32,000 bases of DNA from Halorhodospira halophila SL1. GTDB taxonomy: Bacteria > Pseudomonadota > Gammaproteobacteria > Nitrococcales > Halorhodospiraceae. This document shows, in pieces, positions 27,575-32,000 of this stretch; the stretch's first letter is position 1, and every line of letters starts with the position of its first letter. The stretch is taken from NCBI RefSeq assembly GCF_000015585.1, contig NC_008789.1, positions 2,340,001-2,372,000 on the forward strand. The letters are read 5' to 3'. The notes under the pieces were generated by a model. The model ran no database searches. It was not told where the DNA came from and was given only the letters and a program-made list of their open reading frames with translations. The position numbers and the translations under genes are program-made.

Positions 27575-27606
27575 CCCCTCGCCCGGCGCCGCGGCCGGGC
27601 GAGGGG
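27575..27606. terminator. Hairpin between the convergent metH and sodA genes (probable shared terminator)
   Basis: 13-bp stem CCCCTCGCCCGGC / GCCGGGCGAGGGG with a 6-nt loop. It lies 22 nt after the metH stop and 19 nt after the sodA stop, followed by GGTTCTAT on the plus strand. Confidence 0.5.
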
Positions 27607-27624
27607 GGTTCTATACCCGGCGTG

Positions 27625-28227
27625 TTACGAGGCCTCGAAGCGCTTCGTGACCTCATCCCAGTTGACCACGTCCCACCACGCCTCGACGTAGTCGGGCCGC
27701 CGGTTCTGGTAGCGCAGATAGTAGGCGTGCTCCCAGACGTCCAGACCGAGCAGCGGCGTGCCCTGCTTGGGCGCTACATCCATCAGCGGATTGTCCTGGT
27801 TGGGGGTGTCGGTGATCTCCAGGCCCCGCGAGGTCTTGATCAGCCACGCCCAGCCGGAGCCGAACCGCCCCAGGGCGGCCTGCGTGAACTGCTCGCGGAA
27901 CTGGTCGAAGGAGCCGAAGGCCGAATCGATGGCCGCAGCCAGATCACCCGACGGCTTGCCGCCACCGTTCGGCGACATGACCCGCCAGAACAGATCGTGA
28001 TTCCAGTGGCCGCCCCCGTTGTTGCGGATCGCCACCGGCAGGTTCGAGACACGCGCAAGCAGATCCTCCAGGCGCTGCCCGTCGTGCTCGGTCCCCGAGA
28101 CGGCGTCGTTGAGCTTGGTGACGTAGGTGTTGTGGTGCTTAGTGTGGTGGATCTCCATCGTCTGGGCGTCGATGGAGCGCTCCAGATCGCCGTAGTCGTA
28201 GGGCAGATCGGGCAGTTGATAGGCCAT
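27625..28227 (-). CDS. sodA: Superoxide dismutase, Fe/Mn family with Mn-type signature residues
   Basis: 200-aa ORF whose ATG is preceded by [17 protein letters not shown]...[35 protein letters not shown] and [20 protein letters not shown] align with E. coli SodA. The GGGHxNH motif and the Gln in NQD are the Mn-type pattern. Confidence 0.92.
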   Translation of the reverse strand: MAYQLPDLPYDYGDLERSIDAQTMEIHHTKHHNTYVTKLNDAVSGTEHDGQRLEDLLARVSNLPVAIRNNGGGHWNHDLFWRVMSPNGGGKPSGDLAAAIDSAFGSFDQFREQFTQAALGRFGSGWAWLIKTSRGLEITDTPNQDNPLMDVAPKQGTPLLGLDVWEHAYYLRYQNRRPDYVEAWWDVVNWDEVTKRFEAS

Positions 28228-28320
28228 CAGGCGGTCTCCTTTCCTTCGCGCGCGGTCGTAACGCCTGTGCGCGACTGCGCAGGGCGTACACCCTCATCAT
28301 GGGCGGCCATGGCCGCGGCA

Positions 28321-29067
28321 TCAATCCCGTGGATTCTGGGTTGTATCCCGCCCCGGCGGCGTGGCCTTCTCTGATGCACGATCGCCCGCGCGCGCTCTGC
28401 CCCGATTCAGGCGTCGCCTTAGGAAGGCCCCGCCGACGAACAGTCCGGCCACCCCGACGAGGACCAGGACGGCCCGCGTGTCGATCTCGCCCCCCCGAGC
28501 GGCCGCCTCCACTGCGCTGTAGATGGCCAGCGAGAAGACCCCCCATTTGATGCCGAGCCCGACCACCGTGGCGGCGATGAAGGTCTTCAGCGGGAGCCCC
28601 AACCAGCCGGCGCCGTAGTTCAGCGGCGGGTGGGGAAACCCGGGCAACGCCCGGATGGCGCACTGGCTGAGGAAGTCGCTGTTGCCACGGAGGATTCGGA
28701 TCCAGCGGCTGTCCGCCGGCACGGCATCGCGGCCGAGCCGCCACGCCACGGCATAAGCCCCCAGAGCACCGAGAGTACTACCCGCCACCAGCGTCAGCGT
28801 AGACATCCACGGGGGATAAAACGGGGCCACGGCCCACAGGAAGAGGCTCCCCGGCAGGGCCAGCGTGAAGAGCAAGGCCTGCAGCGCAACCACCACCAGC
28901 AGCAGCCACGGGCGCTCGACCAGCTGCTCGCCCCAGGCGGCCACATCCTCGGCATCCCAGGGCCCCCACACCGCCACCGCGACCCCGATAAGCAGCACTA
29001 ACCCGAGGAGGAAGGGGCGATAGCCCGGCCACCAGCGCACAGGGGGTTGAGGTAGACGCAAGCGCAT
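28321..29067 (-). CDS. TVP38/TMEM64 (DedA-superfamily, SNARE-associated-like) integral membrane protein
   Basis: 248-aa ORF with several hydrophobic helices. The LPGSLFLWAVAPFY...GSTLGALGAYAVAWRLGRD pattern is typical of TVP38/DedA proteins. Its ATG at 29067 is only 14 nt downstream of the stop of the response-regulator/phosphatase gene. Confidence 0.75.
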   Translation of the reverse strand: MRLRLPQPPVRWWPGYRPFLLGLVLLIGVAVAVWGPWDAEDVAAWGEQLVERPWLLLVVVALQALLFTLALPGSLFLWAVAPFYPPWMSTLTLVAGSTLGALGAYAVAWRLGRDAVPADSRWIRILRGNSDFLSQCAIRALPGFPHPPLNYGAGWLGLPLKTFIAATVVGLGIKWGVFSLAIYSAVEAAARGGEIDTRAVLVLVGVAGLFVGGAFLRRRLNRGRARAGDRASEKATPPGRDTTQNPRD

Positions 29068-29081
29068 GCCGCCGGATGCTA

Positions 29082-30815
29082 CTACGAATCCGCCGGCGAG
29101 GGGCGACGACGACCGCCCGGGGTGTAGCGCACACGCACGCGGTTACCGGGGGGGAAATAGGTGAGCTCGTCGCAGAGCGAACGCACCAGCAGGATACCCC
29201 GCCCGGCGCCGACGGGCGCGTCTCGACCACGCCCACCTTCCAGGACGGGCTGGAAGTCGAACCCCTCCCCGGAGTCTTCCACCTCGATCATAATGCCCTG
29301 GCCACCGCCCCCCTCGGCGTCGCACTGCACCCGCAGGCGGATCTCGCCTTCCTGCAACTCTTCCAGGGCCCGGGTACGCTCCTGGTAGTAGGCCTCGAAA
29401 CCGTCCGGGCTCCCCTTGAGCGCGGAGTCGAGCTTAAGCACCCCGTGCTCCAGGGCGTTGGTAAAAAGTTCGGAGATCACCACGTAGAGGCTCTGCCGAT
29501 CCTCCTCCAGCGCCCCAAGGTCGGCGAGCAGATTCATGATCGGCGGCACCGGATTAACATGGGCCAAGGTTGCCGCGTCCAGCACCAGTTCGCTGTACCA
29601 GTTCTCCGAGGCGGCAGCGCCATACCCACGCACCTCGCCCTCGAGCAGCAACCGGTCCAGATCCAGGGACACCAGCGTGGTATCGTCGGCTTGCTCGTCG
29701 CCGCCGCGCCAGGCGCAGACCGCTTCCAGCAGCGGTTCGAAGGCGGCGACCGGGTCGCCACTGCAGAGCACATCCTCGATCCGTTCGTTGCCGAAGAGCT
29801 GACCATCCGCATCGGTGGCCTCGACGATACCGTCGGAACAGGCAAACGCGTGCAGCCCCGGCGTCAGCGCCATATACTCCAACTGACGCCGCCCCGGAGC
29901 CGTGTCGCGGATGATGCCCAACGGCAGATCCACCGAGTGGAAACGCTGCACCACGCCGCCGTCGCGGATCAGCCACACCGGAGGCATCCCGGCGTTCCAG
30001 ACCCCCAGGCGATGCCCGTGGAAATCCACCTCCAGGAGGGCCCCGGTCAGGAACATGTCCGCCGGCAGGCTCCGGAAGAGCTTCTCGTTGACGTCGTCGA
30101 GCAATTCGGCGGGATGGGCGCCGCGCCCCACCCGATCGTAGAAAACCGCCGCCAGACCGGGCACACCGACCGCTGCCCCGATCCCGTGCCCGGTGAAGTC
30201 TCCGATGAGGATCAACAGGTTGCCGTTGGGCCGGCGGGCAGCGAGGAGGATATCGCCGCTGAGAATGGCCGCAGGTTGATAATGGAAGCGTACTCCGGGG
30301 GCGCGCAGGTCGCTGGACTCCGTGGCCCGGGCCACGATGCGCTCGGCGGTCTCCTGCTCCCGCTCGAGCCGCTCCTGGTGGCTACGCAGGACGTCACGCT
30401 GGGCCACCACGGTGTGGTAGAGACCGCGGGTGCGCAGCCAGGAGTCGATCTTGGCGTTGAGCTGGACCCGGCTGATGGGCTTGGTGACGAAGTCGTCGCC
30501 GCCGGCCTCGACGCACTGTGCCAGCCGCTGCTCGTCGGTGAGCGCGGTGACGAAGAGCACCGGGATGAACCCCTCGGTGTCCATGGCCTTGATCTGCCGG
30601 GTGGCCTGATAGCCGTCCATCCGCGGCATCATGATGTCCATGAGGATCATGTCCACCGGCTGCTCGCGGAACCGGGCCACCGCCTCCTCGCCATTGGTCG
30701 CCGTGATCACGTGAAAGCCCCGCGCCCCGAGGATCGCCTCGAGGAGCATGGTGTTCACCGGCTCATCATCGACGACCAGGAAGGTAGGCAGTGATTGGTC
30801 GGCCACTCTATCCAC
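29082..30815 (-). CDS. Response regulator fused to a PP2C (SpoIIE-type) phosphatase and an RsbW-like HATPase kinase domain (HsbR-like)
   Basis: 577-aa ORF with a GTG start. The receiver is FLVVDDEPVN...MILMDIMMPRMDG...TKP. The PP2C metal-binding motifs are SGDILL, IGDFTGHGIGAA, CSDGIVEA and ADDTTLVSL. The C-terminal GHKL ATPase boxes are ELFTNALEHG, DSGEGFD and GRGILLVRSL. This is the domain order of P. aeruginosa HsbR. Confidence 0.88.
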   Translation of the reverse strand: MDRVADQSLPTFLVVDDEPVNTMLLEAILGARGFHVITATNGEEAVARFREQPVDMILMDIMMPRMDGYQATRQIKAMDTEGFIPVLFVTALTDEQRLAQCVEAGGDDFVTKPISRVQLNAKIDSWLRTRGLYHTVVAQRDVLRSHQERLEREQETAERIVARATESSDLRAPGVRFHYQPAAILSGDILLAARRPNGNLLILIGDFTGHGIGAAVGVPGLAAVFYDRVGRGAHPAELLDDVNEKLFRSLPADMFLTGALLEVDFHGHRLGVWNAGMPPVWLIRDGGVVQRFHSVDLPLGIIRDTAPGRRQLEYMALTPGLHAFACSDGIVEATDADGQLFGNERIEDVLCSGDPVAAFEPLLEAVCAWRGGDEQADDTTLVSLDLDRLLLEGEVRGYGAAASENWYSELVLDAATLAHVNPVPPIMNLLADLGALEEDRQSLYVVISELFTNALEHGVLKLDSALKGSPDGFEAYYQERTRALEELQEGEIRLRVQCDAEGGGGQGIMIEVEDSGEGFDFQPVLEGGRGRDAPVGAGRGILLVRSLCDELTYFPPGNRVRVRYTPGGRRRPSPADS

Positions 30816-30857
30816 GACGTGTGCTCTGCTCCGAAACGCCCGCGCGGCCCATGGGGG

Positions 30858-31163
30858 TCACTCCTCGATGGTAAACAGGCGCTGGAAGTTGGCGATCTCG
30901 AGGATCTTACGCACCTCCCGGGAGCAGTTACGCAGGGCAACCTCGGCGCCCTGATCGCTGGCCGACTCCCTTAGCAGCAACAGCATACCGAGGGCGGAGC
31001 TGTCCATGTACTCGGTCTGGGACAGGTCGATGACGTAGCGACGGACACCCTCCACCCCCTTGTACGCCTGCCGGAAATCCTTATGCAGACTGAAGTCGAA
31101 AAAACCCTGGATTGACATCACCAGGGTCTGGCCGTCGTTCTCGCGTTGGGTTTCGATGCCCAT
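30858..31163 (-). CDS. STAS-domain anti-sigma-factor antagonist (HsbA/SpoIIAA-like)
   Basis: I chose the ATG at 31163, preceded by AGGAGCGAGGAACG (101 aa). The STAS core VIDLSQTEYMDSSALGMLLLL carries the conserved phosphorylatable Ser (Ser55, codons 30996-31001 cover the SS pair). The longer track ORF adds 30 poorly coding residues. Confidence 0.85.
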   Translation of the reverse strand: MGIETQRENDGQTLVMSIQGFFDFSLHKDFRQAYKGVEGVRRYVIDLSQTEYMDSSALGMLLLLRESASDQGAEVALRNCSREVRKILEIANFQRLFTIEE

Positions 31164-31216
31164 CGTTCCTCGCTCCTGTATGACTGACTGTTGAGCGATG
31201 ATTACGCTCGAATACC

Positions 31217-31236
31217 GGCGGCAGGCCACTGCCGCC
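31217..31236 (-). terminator. Short GC hairpin between the MCP gene and the STAS gene (possible attenuator or partial terminator)
   Basis: 8-bp stem GGCGGCAG / CTGCCGCC with a 4-nt loop, within the 117-nt gap. There is no U-tract, so its function is uncertain. Confidence 0.25.
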
Positions 31237-31280
31237 GACGCGCCCCGCCCCAAGGCCCGCGTGCGCCACGACGACGGCGA

Positions 31281-32000
31281 TCAGAATAGCTCCACGTCGC
31301 CGTGATCCATGGAGTGTTGCTCCACCTTGCGCTGGCTGGCCCGCGCCGTCTCGCGCTCCTGACGCTGCTGCGCCAGCCGCTCGCGGGCCTCGCGTAGACG
31401 CGCCGCGTACTGGCTGCCGTGGACGTCCTCCTCGGCGATGGCCTGCAGGACATTGCGCACGCCATCGAGGTAGTCATCCAAACCCTCGACCCCGGCGCGC
31501 GAGCCATCCACCAACTGCGTCACAATGTCCTCGAACTGCAGGGCACGAACGGCGTCGGCCACGTGGTGATCGATCTGTCCACTGACCTCAGAGATGCGCT
31601 TGACCTGCTGCTCCACCTGCTGATCCACGTCCTGGAGACTCTTCATCATCCCCGAGATCTGCTCCTTGGTGGTGAGGGTCACGTTCATGTCGTTGGAGGC
31701 CATCTCGCCGACCTCGGTGCGCGCCTCGTCCACCAGGTTACTGATGGTCTTGACCTCCTGAGCGATCTGCTCGTTGAACTGGTTGGCCTTCTCGGAGAGC
31801 TTGCGGACCTCCTCGGCCACCACCGCGAAACCGCGGCCGGACTCACCGGCGCGGGCCGCCTCGATGCTGGCATTGAGAGCGAGCAGGTCAGTCTGGCTGG
31901 CGATCCCTTTGAGGTCGGCGAGCAGCTTGTGGATCCGGTCCATCTGGTGGACCATATCGTCGATGCGCTCGACGGTCTTCACGCTGCGCCGACTCATGTC
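31281..32000 (-). CDS. Methyl-accepting chemotaxis protein, C-terminal signalling domain; 5' part is off the right edge
   Basis: It contains the highly conserved MCP hairpin tip [35 protein letters not shown], followed by a long helical C-terminal arm. The frame remains open to position 32000, so the ATG at 31997 in the track is an internal Met. Confidence 0.9.
   Translation of the reverse strand, partial: DMSRRSVKTVERIDDMVHQMDRIHKLLADLKGIASQTDLLALNASIEAARAGESGRGFAVVAEEVRKLSEKANQFNEQIAQEVKTISNLVDEARTEVGEMASNDMNVTLTTKEQISGMMKSLQDVDQQVEQQVKRISEVSGQIDHHVADAVRALQFEDIVTQLVDGSRAGVEGLDDYLDGVRNVLQAIAEEDVHGSQYAARLREARERLAQQRQERETARASQRKVEQHSMDHGDVELF

Noticed and set aside
28261-28287. Imperfect palindrome ACGCCTGTGCGC-GAC-TGCGCAGGGCGT between the TVP38 gene and sodA, as a possible terminator or operator
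   Set aside because: It has two 5-bp helices interrupted by an internal loop and no U-tract. It does not resemble a Fur, OxyR or SoxS site that I can recognise. It is too weak to call as a feature.
31281-31298. MCP C-terminus ...HGDVELF as a possible CheR/CheB-tethering pentapeptide
   Set aside because: The canonical pentapeptide is (N/D)WE(T/E/S)F with an essential Trp at position 2. Here position 2 is Val, so it does not fit.

Overview
This is a GC-rich chromosomal segment (third codon positions are almost all G/C) with gammaproteobacterial gene order. The taxon is inference only. I found no recognisable mobile or defence content.

**Layout**
- **1-7779, minus strand:** a tightly packed housekeeping string, rng(partial)-maf-rlmH-rsfS-nadD-proA-holA-lptE-leuS.
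- **7977-9947:** a DUF1451-like zinc-ribbon gene, tRNA-Gly(GCC) with a near-consensus sigma70 promoter, rnk, and a small SRPBCC gene.
- **10.3-20.2 kb:** three very large hybrid sensor histidine kinases. HK1 is GAF-PAS-kinase-REC. HK2 is 4xCBS-5xPAS-kinase-REC-REC-Hpt. HK3 is periplasmic PhnD-like-kinase-REC-Hpt. HK2 and HK3 are convergent and their 3' ends overlap by 24 bp.
- **20.4-29.1 kb:** ettA, metY, metH, a Mn-type sodA and a TVP38/DedA-family membrane protein.
- **29.1-32.0 kb:** a partner-switching module (an HsbR-like REC-PP2C-HATPase protein plus a STAS antagonist) directly downstream of an MCP gene that runs off the right edge.

**Assessment**
The only non-textbook content I can support is the signalling architecture. 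It consists of the multi-kinase block with Hpt domains but no DNA-binding regulator, and the MCP-STAS-REC/PP2C/kinase-TVP38 unit whose output partner is not in the window. I saw no CRISPR array, IS element, integrase, toxin-antitoxin pair or known defence gene, so most of the window is ordinary core genome.

The many long antisense ORFs in the track are high-GC artefacts. The track also uses the longest ATG/GTG/TTG ORFs, so I re-set several starts.
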